DNA from: Candidatus Omnitrophota bacterium
GTDB lineage: Bacteria > Omnitrophota > Gorgyraeia > Gygaellales > Profunditerraquicolaceae
DNA: 64,000 nt
Direction of reading: 5' to 3'
Assembly: GCA_043812955.1 (NCBI GenBank)
Contig: JBDRLN010000076.1
Coordinates: 4,864 to 68,863, forward strand
The notes below the pieces were generated by a model, which had not been told where the DNA came from, made no database searches, and saw nothing but the letters and a program-made list of their open reading frames with translations. Shown here piece after piece: positions 56,414-64,000 of this stretch. Both the position numbers and the translations under genes were made by a program. How positions within the stretch are numbered: position 1 is the stretch's first letter; every line of letters begins with the position of its first letter.

Positions 56414-56492
56414 ATTCAGTGAGATCCGCCGAAGCGCGCCAGGGCTTTTTTGTACCCTATTAAAGTGCGAAGGCGGATAAAACTCTTAGTTC

Positions 56493-56993
56493 TTAATCCT
56501 TGTGTTCATGTTCATGTTCATGTTCATGTTCATGTTCATGTTCATGTTCATCTTCATGTTCATCTTCATGTTCATGCCTCAAAGGAAATTCGCCCTGCGG
56601 CCATTCTTCAGCCAAAAGCAAACGCTTAAGATTAGGGTGGCCGATAAAATTAACGCCTAACAATTCCCAAATCTCTCTTTCTATCCATTCTGCTCCAATA
56701 ATTATAGGGGTAATTGAATCTACCGTAGGATTTTTCTTATCTTCCAAATTCACCCGTAAAGATATAACTTCACCAGAGGCATCAGCGCTAAAATGATAAA
56801 TTATCTCAAAGCCATCAGGGTTTTCCTGTCCTGAAGCGGTAATAAACCTTAAGCCTAGCTCCTTAAATAATAAGGTTACTGTTGTTTTTAAATCTTTCTG
56901 TTTAATAAAGATGTATACCCTTCTAAGCGAATGCTCATTCCAGTCAATTATGGCCCGGGATAATTTTTCCTTAATCTCTTCGCGAATAGACAT
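56493..56993 (-). CDS. NuoC/MbhK-like hydrogenase subunit with His-Glu-rich C-terminal tail
   Basis: NuoC fold ('IIGAEWIEREIWELLGVNFIGHP') and a tail 'HEHEDEHEDEHEHEHEHEHEHEHEHKD'. Confidence 0.75.
   Translation of the reverse strand: MSIREEIKEKLSRAIIDWNEHSLRRVYIFIKQKDLKTTVTLLFKELGLRFITASGQENPDGFEIIYHFSADASGEVISLRVNLEDKKNPTVDSITPIIIGAEWIEREIWELLGVNFIGHPNLKRLLLAEEWPQGEFPLRHEHEDEHEDEHEHEHEHEHEHEHEHKD
56504..56575. repeat. Hexanucleotide microsatellite (GTTCAT)8 + (CTTCAT/GTTCAT)4 encoding the His-Glu tail
   Basis: 12 in-frame hexamers read directly. Confidence 0.8.
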
Positions 56994-57418
56994 TATTTAT
57001 TACCTTTCACTTTTTCTATTAACTTAACAACGCCGGCAATAATCGCCTCAGGCTTTGGCGGGCAACCCGGTACATAGGCATCTACAGGGATTATTTCGTC
57101 TACCGGACAAGGACTATTGTAAGACTCTCTAAACATTATCCTTCCGCAAGCGCAGCTACCGATGGCAATTACTAAACAGGGCTTAGGCGCCTGTTCATAA
57201 AGCCTTTTCAATATCTCTTTAGTCTTATAATTTGGCACTCCGGTAACCAAAAGCACATCCGCATGCCTGACGCTTCCTACCAGGGTTATCCCAAACCTCT
57301 CCACATCATGACGAGGGGTTAAGACATCCAAAATTTCAATGTCACAGTTATTGCAAGGCGAAGCTGCGGCATGAAATACCCATAATGATTTAGTCAAGGC
57401 CTTAAGTTTAATATTCAT
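56993..57418 (-). CDS. [NiFe] hydrogenase small subunit, NuoB/MbhJ-like
   Basis: Proximal-cluster Cys ligands 'CNNCD', 'GSCAC' and 'PGCPP'. Confidence 0.8.
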   Translation of the reverse strand: MNIKLKALTKSLWVFHAAASPCNNCDIEILDVLTPRHDVERFGITLVGSVRHADVLLVTGVPNYKTKEILKRLYEQAPKPCLVIAIGSCACGRIMFRESYNSPCPVDEIIPVDAYVPGCPPKPEAIIAGVVKLIEKVKGNK

Positions 57419-57529
57419 ATCAAATCAGATTAAAGATTTAAGATTTCCCGCTCAGAATTTTTATGATCAAACGGGATCCCGCATTTGCTCCAATTCTGTT
57501 GCGGGAAAAGATAGCTCAAAGTTAAAAGT

Positions 57530-58474
57530 TTAAAGTCCAAATAGTGCTAGCGTTAAACCGAGTAACGCTGCTAATGTTAATTTTCCCCAGAAAAACCTGA
57601 CCGCCTGATCAATACGTACTCGGGGATTGGTATTTTTTATCAGGATTATTATAACCAATATAGCGATAAATTTCCCGATTAAAAACAAAGGGCTTAAATC
57701 TTTAGCCCAGAATAGCGTTATTAGAAATATAGGCAAAGTATAAAGTAATAGGGCCTTAGTTAGTTTAAAAACTGCCAAAGGAAGACCGGAATATTCAATC
57801 AAGGTTCCAGCCATTATCTCCTGCTCAGCCTCAGAGATGTCAAAAGGGGCCAGGCCTAACTTAGCCTGGATACAAAGTAAAGCCACTATAAAAGCTATTG
57901 CCCCGGAAAAAGAAATCATATTGGAACCAAAACTAACCTGATGGGCCAATATATTACCTAACTGAATACTCCCACCGGATTTTAGGATAACCGTAATTAC
58001 GGATAATATAAACGGCAGCTCATAAGCTAAAACTAATTTCATCTCCCGAGAGGCGCCTACCGAAGCTAGCGGGTTAGCTGATGCAGATGCTCCAATAATC
58101 ATGGCTATCGCCGGCATGGTCATAAGATATATAACTACGATTAAATCCCCTAAAAAACCCTGGCCAGAATAAATAATATTTAATCCTAAAATAGTACTTA
58201 CCAGGCCTAAGCTTAATAACCCTAAGCAAGGGGCCAAAAGAAATGTGGTTTTTGCGCCCTCAGGACAAATAATTTCTTTACCGGATAATTTTATAATATC
58301 CACAAAATTCTGGTACCAAGGCGGGCCTACCCTCCATTGCAAGCGAGCAGTTACCTTTCTATCCACCCAGCAAGCCAATAGCCCGATAACTGCACTGAAT
58401 AATAAACCCGGAAATATTAAATAATAGAGTAGAAATTTCATTTTTTCTTGGGTTGAATATCCTCTTTGGACCAT
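57530..58474 (-). CDS. NuoH/MbhM/HycD-like membrane subunit
   Basis: 314 aa with 8 TM helices and 'LAYELPFILS'-type NuoH loops. Confidence 0.7.
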   Translation of the reverse strand: MVQRGYSTQEKMKFLLYYLIFPGLLFSAVIGLLACWVDRKVTARLQWRVGPPWYQNFVDIIKLSGKEIICPEGAKTTFLLAPCLGLLSLGLVSTILGLNIIYSGQGFLGDLIVVIYLMTMPAIAMIIGASASANPLASVGASREMKLVLAYELPFILSVITVILKSGGSIQLGNILAHQVSFGSNMISFSGAIAFIVALLCIQAKLGLAPFDISEAEQEIMAGTLIEYSGLPLAVFKLTKALLLYTLPIFLITLFWAKDLSPLFLIGKFIAILVIIILIKNTNPRVRIDQAVRFFWGKLTLAALLGLTLALFGL

Positions 58475-58929
58475 TTTCTGGAACGCACTGCCAGGTTTTT
58501 ACCGATTAAATAAATATTCTGTTCAATGTCCTCTTCAATATCTTTAATTTCAACTGCTTTTTCGGGGCAATTGGCAACGCATAACGGTACAATATCTGCT
58601 TTACCTATACAAAAATCACAGCCTGAGTCCAAGTAAGGTATGAAATCCGTTAGAATCGTGCCAAAGGGACAGCCAATTACGCAAGATTTACAGCTGGTGC
58701 AGCGCATATTGTAACGTTTTAATATTCCATCAGGCTGTTTTTCCAGGGCATCATGATAACAGGAATTTAGACAAGGCGCTTCTTCGCACTGCCGGCAAAA
58801 TAAAATAAAAGTGGCGTATTCGCGTAAAGAGGTAATCCCGTTATTCTGCGGGTGGTATAAATAACTGCAGGCTACCCGGCAATCTTTACATTTATTGCAA
58901 ATATCCAAATCTATGTATAGTCTTTTCAT
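58438..58929 (-). CDS. Poly-[4Fe-4S] ferredoxin (HycB/MbhN-like electron-transfer subunit)
   Basis: Four Cys-cluster motifs: 'CNKCKDCRVAC', 'CRQCEEAPCLNSC', 'CTSCKSCVIGCP' and 'CDFC...CVANCP'. Confidence 0.65.
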   Translation of the reverse strand: MKRLYIDLDICNKCKDCRVACSYLYHPQNNGITSLREYATFILFCRQCEEAPCLNSCYHDALEKQPDGILKRYNMRCTSCKSCVIGCPFGTILTDFIPYLDSGCDFCIGKADIVPLCVANCPEKAVEIKDIEEDIEQNIYLIGKNLAVRSRKWSKEDIQPKKK

Positions 58930-58938
58930 AACAACCCT

Positions 58939-59754
58939 CTAGTCCCAGATGTCAGGTAAATCTTTTAACTGCTCATAAGTAAATACCGGACCGTCCTTGC
59001 ATATATAATATTTACCGATACGGCAATGCCCGCATTTACCCAGGCCGCAGGACATACTTTTCTCCATAGATAAATAAATATCCGGCGGCTTAAACCCTAA
59101 GTCGAGTAATTTTAAAGTGACGAATTTCATCATTATCGGCGGGCCGCAGACTATTACCGCGGCATTATTTAAATCTACAGGCAGGTCTTTTAATATAGTA
59201 GTGACCAGACCTACATTACCGTTCCAGGAAGGGTCTCCTACATCAACGGTAACCTTCAGATCTACTTTATTTTTCTTACCCCATTCAGGGATAAGATTTT
59301 TATAGATTATATCATTCGCGGTCCGCGAGCCGTAACGTAAAACCACTTTATTATATTTATCAATTGAGCCGAATAGCGCAAACAATAATGAACGCAAGGG
59401 GGCTAAACCTACGCCTCCACCAACTATCAATATATCTTTTCCCGTAAATTTATCCAAAGGATATCCTAAACCATATGGGCCGCGGATACCTACCGGAGTA
59501 TTTGGTTGAATATCATGCAATAAAGAAGTGATCTTACCGGCCTTCATTATGGTTACATCCATCTTATCTTTAATGTTAGGATCGGATGAAGGAGTAAATG
59601 GGGCCTCCCCAATTCCGGGCAGGGTCAATTCAATAAATTGCCCGGCCTTAAATTCAAATTTCTCTTTAGGCCTTAAGACAAGGGTCTTTATATTTAATGA
59701 CTCCACGATTATATCTTCTATAATTGCCTCTGCCGGCTTATAAATATTTTTCAT
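58939..59754 (-). CDS. FAD/NAD(P)-binding oxidoreductase with C-terminal [2Fe-2S] (sulfhydrogenase gamma / AsrB / PyrK-like)
   Basis: Ferredoxin-NADP reductase-like fold ('GGGVGLAPL') and 'CGLGKCGHCRIGKYYICKDGP'. Confidence 0.65.
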   Translation of the reverse strand: MKNIYKPAEAIIEDIIVESLNIKTLVLRPKEKFEFKAGQFIELTLPGIGEAPFTPSSDPNIKDKMDVTIMKAGKITSLLHDIQPNTPVGIRGPYGLGYPLDKFTGKDILIVGGGVGLAPLRSLLFALFGSIDKYNKVVLRYGSRTANDIIYKNLIPEWGKKNKVDLKVTVDVGDPSWNGNVGLVTTILKDLPVDLNNAAVIVCGPPIMMKFVTLKLLDLGFKPPDIYLSMEKSMSCGLGKCGHCRIGKYYICKDGPVFTYEQLKDLPDIWD

Positions 59755-60809
59755 TTATTCCTAGATAACCTATCTTTAAGATCTTTTAAAACCTCCCGGA
59801 TATCGATCTTTCCCGGGCAAACCTCGATACACCTACCGCAGCCGCAACAGGCCGGTATCCCTAAGTTATCAATAAAAAAGTCAAATTTTTTCATAAACCG
59901 GTTGCGCAGGCGCTGAGTCCTAGTTTTTAAAGGATTTGCCCCTCCGGCAACCCGGGTGAAATTAGCATATTGGCAGCAATCCCAGGCCTTTAACCGGATA
60001 TTTTCGTTTATCTTTTTATTATCTGATAATAGAAAACAATGACAGGTATCGCAGATAAGATTACAACCCCCGCATTCAACGCAGGTAAGCATAAATTTCT
60101 GCCAGGTATCTGCTGTGTAACCTTCTTTCATTAACTTCTGAACTTCGGATTTAGATATCAACCCCTGTGGAATGAGGTGTTTCTTTAACCTCTCAATCAA
60201 ACTATCCCTTTTGGCTTTGCGGGCCAGAACTTGAGTTTCTTTAGCCGGGGTAAAATATTCTTTATGCCGTTGGATAAGCGCACTTCCTTTGTCTGAACCA
60301 GACTCAACAATATAACCGTCGTTCAGAGGCGAAAGATTCAAATCAAAACCAATAGTCGGATGCGGAAGAACCTCCCAGGCCAGGCAATGGCAGACTTTTT
60401 TAAAATCCGTGCAATCACTTGAAATCACTATCGCCCGCTCCCTTTTAACTTTATATAACGAATCTTCTTCCAGGCCTTCTAAAAATACGTAATCCTGGAC
60501 CTTGTGCCCTTGGATATCGCAAGACTTTACCCCGAAAATGACTATCTTTTCGGGCTCTTTAAGATTTACATCTTCTTTGAAATAATCAGATACTTTTTCT
60601 ATGGGACTGGTAAAAAAAGCCTTGAGCGGCTCAATTGCCCTGTAAGCATTGAATTTCAAAGTTCCGGCTTTAGAAAATATATTATAGGTATAATCCGATT
60701 CTTTAACTTCGGGGTCTTTGACTACGGGAGAAAAAACCTTATAATCAGCGCTTAGACTACTAATAAAAGAAAAAAAATCAGTCTCCCGGATATAAAACAT
60801 CTTAGGCAT
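59751..60809 (-). CDS. Iron-sulfur subunit (sulfhydrogenase beta / AsrA-like)
   Basis: 'CVECGGCNLICDTCHC' and 'CCGCGRCIEVCP' motifs. Overlaps the gamma-like gene by 4 nt. Confidence 0.6.
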   Translation of the reverse strand: MPKMFYIRETDFFSFISSLSADYKVFSPVVKDPEVKESDYTYNIFSKAGTLKFNAYRAIEPLKAFFTSPIEKVSDYFKEDVNLKEPEKIVIFGVKSCDIQGHKVQDYVFLEGLEEDSLYKVKRERAIVISSDCTDFKKVCHCLAWEVLPHPTIGFDLNLSPLNDGYIVESGSDKGSALIQRHKEYFTPAKETQVLARKAKRDSLIERLKKHLIPQGLISKSEVQKLMKEGYTADTWQKFMLTCVECGGCNLICDTCHCFLLSDNKKINENIRLKAWDCCQYANFTRVAGGANPLKTRTQRLRNRFMKKFDFFIDNLGIPACCGCGRCIEVCPGKIDIREVLKDLKDRLSRNK

Positions 60810-60854
60810 TTTTAATAAGTTTTAAGGCTGGGTATATTTAGAGGGAAAACTACT

Positions 60855-60872
60855 TTGTGAAATTAATCACAA
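60855..60872. promoter_or_regulatory. Rex operator-like palindrome TTGTGAAATTAATCACAA
   Basis: Matches TTGTGAAnnnnTTCACAA at 17 of 18 positions. It lies 46 nt upstream of the first hydrogenase-operon ATG, and rex itself is 1.3 kb away. Confidence 0.55.
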
Positions 60873-60919
60873 ATTGACCCTAAAAAAAATTATGATTCCT
60901 CTCTTTCTTTAATTTTGGT

Positions 60920-60948
60920 ATATTATCTTATCGGCGCAAAACTGTCAA
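60920..60948 (-). promoter_or_regulatory. Sigma-70-like promoter TTGACA-17-TAATAT for the hydrogenase operon
   Basis: Minus strand: -35 at 60943-60948, -10 at 60920-60925. The Rex box falls in the predicted 5' UTR. Confidence 0.45.
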
Positions 60949-60956
60949 GGGAAAAT

Positions 60957-62183
60957 TTATTCAGCTTTTAAATTTATGGCCCCGGGATAGACCTTAGTCA
61001 GTTCGTAGGTGTCCTGGGCAATACACAACTCTTCATTAGTTGGTATTACATAAATCTTGACCGCCGAGCTATCTTTGCTTATTTCGGCCTCTGCCCCTTT
61101 GGCTACCAATAGATTTTTTTCTTCTGAGATCTCTACGCCTAAGCTCTGCATCCCACTCAAAGTATCTAGGCGGATCTGAGGGTTATTCTCCCCGATCCCT
61201 CCGGTAAATATTATAGCGTCAGTTTTTCCTAATACCGCCAGGTAAGCGCCAATATATTTTCTTAAACGGTAGCAAAATACCTCGATTGCCAGTTTTGCCC
61301 TTTCATTGCCTTTTTCCTGGGCCCAGAATAAATTACGCATATCATTACTTATCCCGGAAATACCCATTAAGCCGCTTTTTTTATTTAGGAGCTTATTCAG
61401 GTCTTCAGGGGTATAACCTTTCCCGGTCAAATAAAAGATTATAGCCGGATCAATATCGCCGCAGCGGGTTCCCATCACTAACCCTTCCAAAGGAGTAAAG
61501 CCCATACTAGTATCTACTGATTTTCCGTGGGCTATGGCTGAAACGCTGCAGCCATTTCCCAAATGACAGGTTATCAGGTTCAATTCTTCCTTGGGCCTTT
61601 TGAGAATCGAAACTAACCTTCTTTTTACATAAAGATGGCTGGTACCGTGAAAGCCATACCTGCGTATTTTGTATTTTTCATATAATTCATAAGGAATACC
61701 GTAAAGATAGGCCTTAGGCGGGATGGCGTGATGAAAAGCAGTATCAAAACAAGCCACCTGGACAGCGCTAGGCAGGAATTTCTTGCAGGCCACAATACCC
61801 ATAAGATTAGGCGGATTATGCAGGGGGGCTAAATCCGCGTATTCTTTAATCCGGTTGATTACCTTTTCATTAATTAAAACGGATTCAGTAAACTCCTCTT
61901 CACCGTGGACAACCCTATGCCCCACGCCCAGGATTTCTTCGACAGAAGAAATTACCCCTTTCTCCTTATCCGTAAGCATATCAATAATAAAATTGATCCC
62001 CTGTTCATGGGTAGCAATAGAGCCTTCTATTTCCAGGCTTCCCTTAACGCTCTTCTGGATAAAAAATGACTTTTCTTCGCCGATCCTTTCTAACAGCCCC
62101 TTGGCGATAACTTCTTCCTGGGGCATATTAAAAAGCTGATATTTTATCGAAGAACTCCCGGAATTAATAACTAGTATTATCAC
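60957..62183 (-). CDS. ackA: Acetate kinase
   Basis: 'ILVINSGSSSIKYQLF' N-terminus, 408 aa. Confidence 0.9.
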   Translation of the reverse strand: MIILVINSGSSSIKYQLFNMPQEEVIAKGLLERIGEEKSFFIQKSVKGSLEIEGSIATHEQGINFIIDMLTDKEKGVISSVEEILGVGHRVVHGEEEFTESVLINEKVINRIKEYADLAPLHNPPNLMGIVACKKFLPSAVQVACFDTAFHHAIPPKAYLYGIPYELYEKYKIRRYGFHGTSHLYVKRRLVSILKRPKEELNLITCHLGNGCSVSAIAHGKSVDTSMGFTPLEGLVMGTRCGDIDPAIIFYLTGKGYTPEDLNKLLNKKSGLMGISGISNDMRNLFWAQEKGNERAKLAIEVFCYRLRKYIGAYLAVLGKTDAIIFTGGIGENNPQIRLDTLSGMQSLGVEISEEKNLLVAKGAEAEISKDSSAVKIYVIPTNEELCIAQDTYELTKVYPGAINLKAE

Positions 62184-62839
62184 AACCGCCCTCTTTTTAA
62201 TTTATAAACCAGGCTCTCTAATTCCGAAGCCATGTCCACATTAGAAACATAAATATTATCGGATAAAACCAGATTCACCGGAGCAAAATTTAGAATAGCC
62301 TTAATCCCGCATCCAGATAACTCTTCGCTTATACCCTGGGCTGCCTCGGCCGGAACAGAAAGAACCGCAATCTCTATATCCCTTTTTTTGATCAGCCCTT
62401 TCATCCTGCGCATATCTTCGATCTTTATCCCGCCGCGGACCTTGCCGATTTTTGCCGGGTCATTGTCAAAGGCCGCGCTAATCTTCAGGTTAAGTTCTAA
62501 AAATCCCGGATAGCCTAAAAGGGCAAATCCCAGTTTACCCGCTCCCACCAAAGCTATTTTGCGGACTACGTTTGTCCCTAATATCTTTTCTATTTCCCGT
62601 CTTAGTGTCTCTACGTCGTAGCCTATGCCTCTACGGCCAAATTCTCCGAAATAAGAAAGGTCTTTACGAAATTGGACCGACGACACATTCAAATATCTAG
62701 TAATCTCTCCAGAGGAAGCGACCTTAATTTTATCCTGAATCAGCCTTCTTAAACTTCTTTGGTAGAGGCTAAGCCTGCGCGCGGTCTCCTGGGGAATATG
62801 TATACTAGCGCCTGATGGCATATATTTTACGGAAAACAT
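62180..62839 (-). CDS. rex: Redox-sensing transcriptional repressor Rex
   Basis: wHTH 'SSVQFRKDLSYFGEFGRRGIGYDV' plus a Rossmann motif 'IALVGAGKLG'. Confidence 0.85.
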   Translation of the reverse strand: MFSVKYMPSGASIHIPQETARRLSLYQRSLRRLIQDKIKVASSGEITRYLNVSSVQFRKDLSYFGEFGRRGIGYDVETLRREIEKILGTNVVRKIALVGAGKLGFALLGYPGFLELNLKISAAFDNDPAKIGKVRGGIKIEDMRRMKGLIKKRDIEIAVLSVPAEAAQGISEELSGCGIKAILNFAPVNLVLSDNIYVSNVDMASELESLVYKLKRGRL

Positions 62840-62978
62840 ACCGCAGGTATACTCAGATTACCTATATTATATATCATATCCTCCTTCTCCTTCGCCAGAC
62901 ACTTAACATATATGGCTTAGGAGGATTATCCGCCGAAGCATAAAATATTTAAACTGACTAACGCGAAAGCGGATAAAA

Positions 62979-63938
62979 TTATGCCTGTATCTGACTGAGT
63001 GCTTTTATCCTTTTGAGCATATTCGGATGAGTGCTGAATGACTCTAATAATTTATCGGCAAAACCCAAATGTACCTGTTTATTCCTTAAGGCTACCAATT
63101 CAGAGGCATCGATTGTTCCGCTATTATCCAGGTCCAGCTGTTTTAATTCCCGGATCTCCTTTAGCCCTTGAGACGGGTCATTTATAAAAAACGCCTTTAA
63201 CCCCTCGACTTCTTTTAAGGATTCTTTATCTGTCCGGGCACTACCGTAAGCTAATTTATATAAACTGGAGGCCAGGAATTTCGGCTGATTGCCCAGAAGA
63301 ACCGAACCCCGGTCAGCAAAATATTCCCGGATCCGGGAAGCATAAAGCACTAAAAGATTAGTGATAAAGTAAAAGATAAAAGCCGCTATACCTAAAAGAA
63401 CCGTACTGCCTCCTCTTTCATCGCGCCGGCGGCCGTAAAATAAAAACTGCCAGGCGATCCGGTACATGATCATCGGAATAACTGAAAGAAGAGTAATGGT
63501 TAAAACATCCCGGTTCTTTAAATGGCTTAGCTCATGGCCGAGCACCGCTTTTAACTCCTCATCGCTCAATAGATTTAAGATCCCCTCAGTAACACAAACC
63601 CTGCCGTCTTTTATACTCCTGCCAAAGGCAAAGGCATTAGGCAAGGGGGTCTGGGCAACGCCGATTCTTGGCTTAGGAATCCCCGCCCTTATAGCCAGGC
63701 CTTCCACCATCTGGAATAATTTAGGATAATCCTGTCTTTTTACGTACTTGACCCGCATAGTCCATTCTACAATTTTAGGCCCGATAAGGTACTGAATAAG
63801 CATAATTATAAGCGAGATAGAAAGGTAAAAACCAAAACCTCCCAGGCCCATATATGAACCAATCATTACAATGACCGCGTAAATAATGCCAAATAACGCG
63901 GTAAGCAAAAGCCACATCTTTAAATGCAAAAACCACAT
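62979..63938 (-). CDS. htpX: M48 zinc metalloprotease, HtpX-like, with EF-hand-like loop
   Basis: 'HELSHLKN' HExxH motif, four TM helices and a C-terminal 'DLDNSGTIDASE' 12-residue DxDxSGxIxxxE loop. Confidence 0.7.
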   Translation of the reverse strand: MWFLHLKMWLLLTALFGIIYAVIVMIGSYMGLGGFGFYLSISLIIMLIQYLIGPKIVEWTMRVKYVKRQDYPKLFQMVEGLAIRAGIPKPRIGVAQTPLPNAFAFGRSIKDGRVCVTEGILNLLSDEELKAVLGHELSHLKNRDVLTITLLSVIPMIMYRIAWQFLFYGRRRDERGGSTVLLGIAAFIFYFITNLLVLYASRIREYFADRGSVLLGNQPKFLASSLYKLAYGSARTDKESLKEVEGLKAFFINDPSQGLKEIRELKQLDLDNSGTIDASELVALRNKQVHLGFADKLLESFSTHPNMLKRIKALSQIQA

Positions 63939-63959
63939 CTTAACACCCCAACTTTAATT

Positions 63960-63992
63960 CCACCCCGTAGGTGTCTTACACCTACGGGGTGG
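63960..63992. repeat. REP-like palindrome, copy 4
   Basis: CCACCCCGTAGGTG-tcttaca-CCTACGGGGTGG, 22 nt upstream of the htpX ATG. Confidence 0.7.
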
Positions 63993-64000
63993 AGATGGTT

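Overview
This is a gene-dense 64-kb window, about 39% GC, from what looks like a diderm (Gram-negative-type) bacterium. The diderm call rests on the Mla, Lol, Wza/Wzz/Wzy and heptose-epimerase genes. No rRNA, tRNA, CRISPR array or transposase was recognised. Every gene call below comes from reading motifs in the supplied six-frame translations, not from a database search.

Genes in order along the window:
- a partial radA gene and an mlaFED phospholipid-transport operon
- the mcsA-mcsB-clpC protein-quality-control operon, with no ctsR in the window
- a class IV aminotransferase, lolCD-like genes and lysS
- a roughly 13.6-kb Wzx/Wzy-type surface-polysaccharide locus on the + strand (11.6-25.2 kb), containing several glycosyltransferases, two adjacent B12-binding radical-SAM enzymes, a sugar-phosphate transferase, a Wza exporter and a Wzz co-polymerase that carries a C-terminal PilZ domain
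- a lexA-dinB SOS operon whose Cheo-type LexA box sits inside a consensus promoter
- a repeat-dense 0.5-kb non-coding region followed by an orphan substrate-binding protein bracketed by direct repeats
- an ECF sigma / anti-sigma / Spy envelope-stress module
- housekeeping genes: yajQ, tadA, truB, thyX, hldD, lipA, a lipoate ligase, gcvT-gcvH-gcvPA-gcvPB, and a larB-larE pair
- at 45.2-60.8 kb, a single minus-strand operon of about 21 genes encoding a membrane-bound group-4 [NiFe] hydrogenase of Mbh/Mrp type. It has MrpA-G-like antiporter subunits; NuoB-, NuoC-, NuoD-, NuoH- and NuoI-like subunits; the canonical RxCGxCxxxH and DPCxxCxxR motifs in the large subunit; and a sulfhydrogenase beta/gamma-like NAD(P)H module.
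- the operon ends with homologues of the [FeFe]-hydrogenase radical-SAM maturases HydG and HydE, and the HydE homologue carries an N-terminal HypC-like domain ('MCYAIPGKI...')
- upstream of the operon: a Rex operator, rex-ackA, and an htpX-like protease gene

The most interesting observation is the HypC-HydE fusion with HydG inside a [NiFe] hydrogenase operon, with no hypCDEF in the window. Other notable structure includes a His-Glu tail on the NuoC-like subunit encoded by a GTTCAT hexanucleotide microsatellite, and a family of REP-like palindromes (CCACCCCGTAGGTG...CACCTACGGGGTGG) placed just upstream of four start codons.
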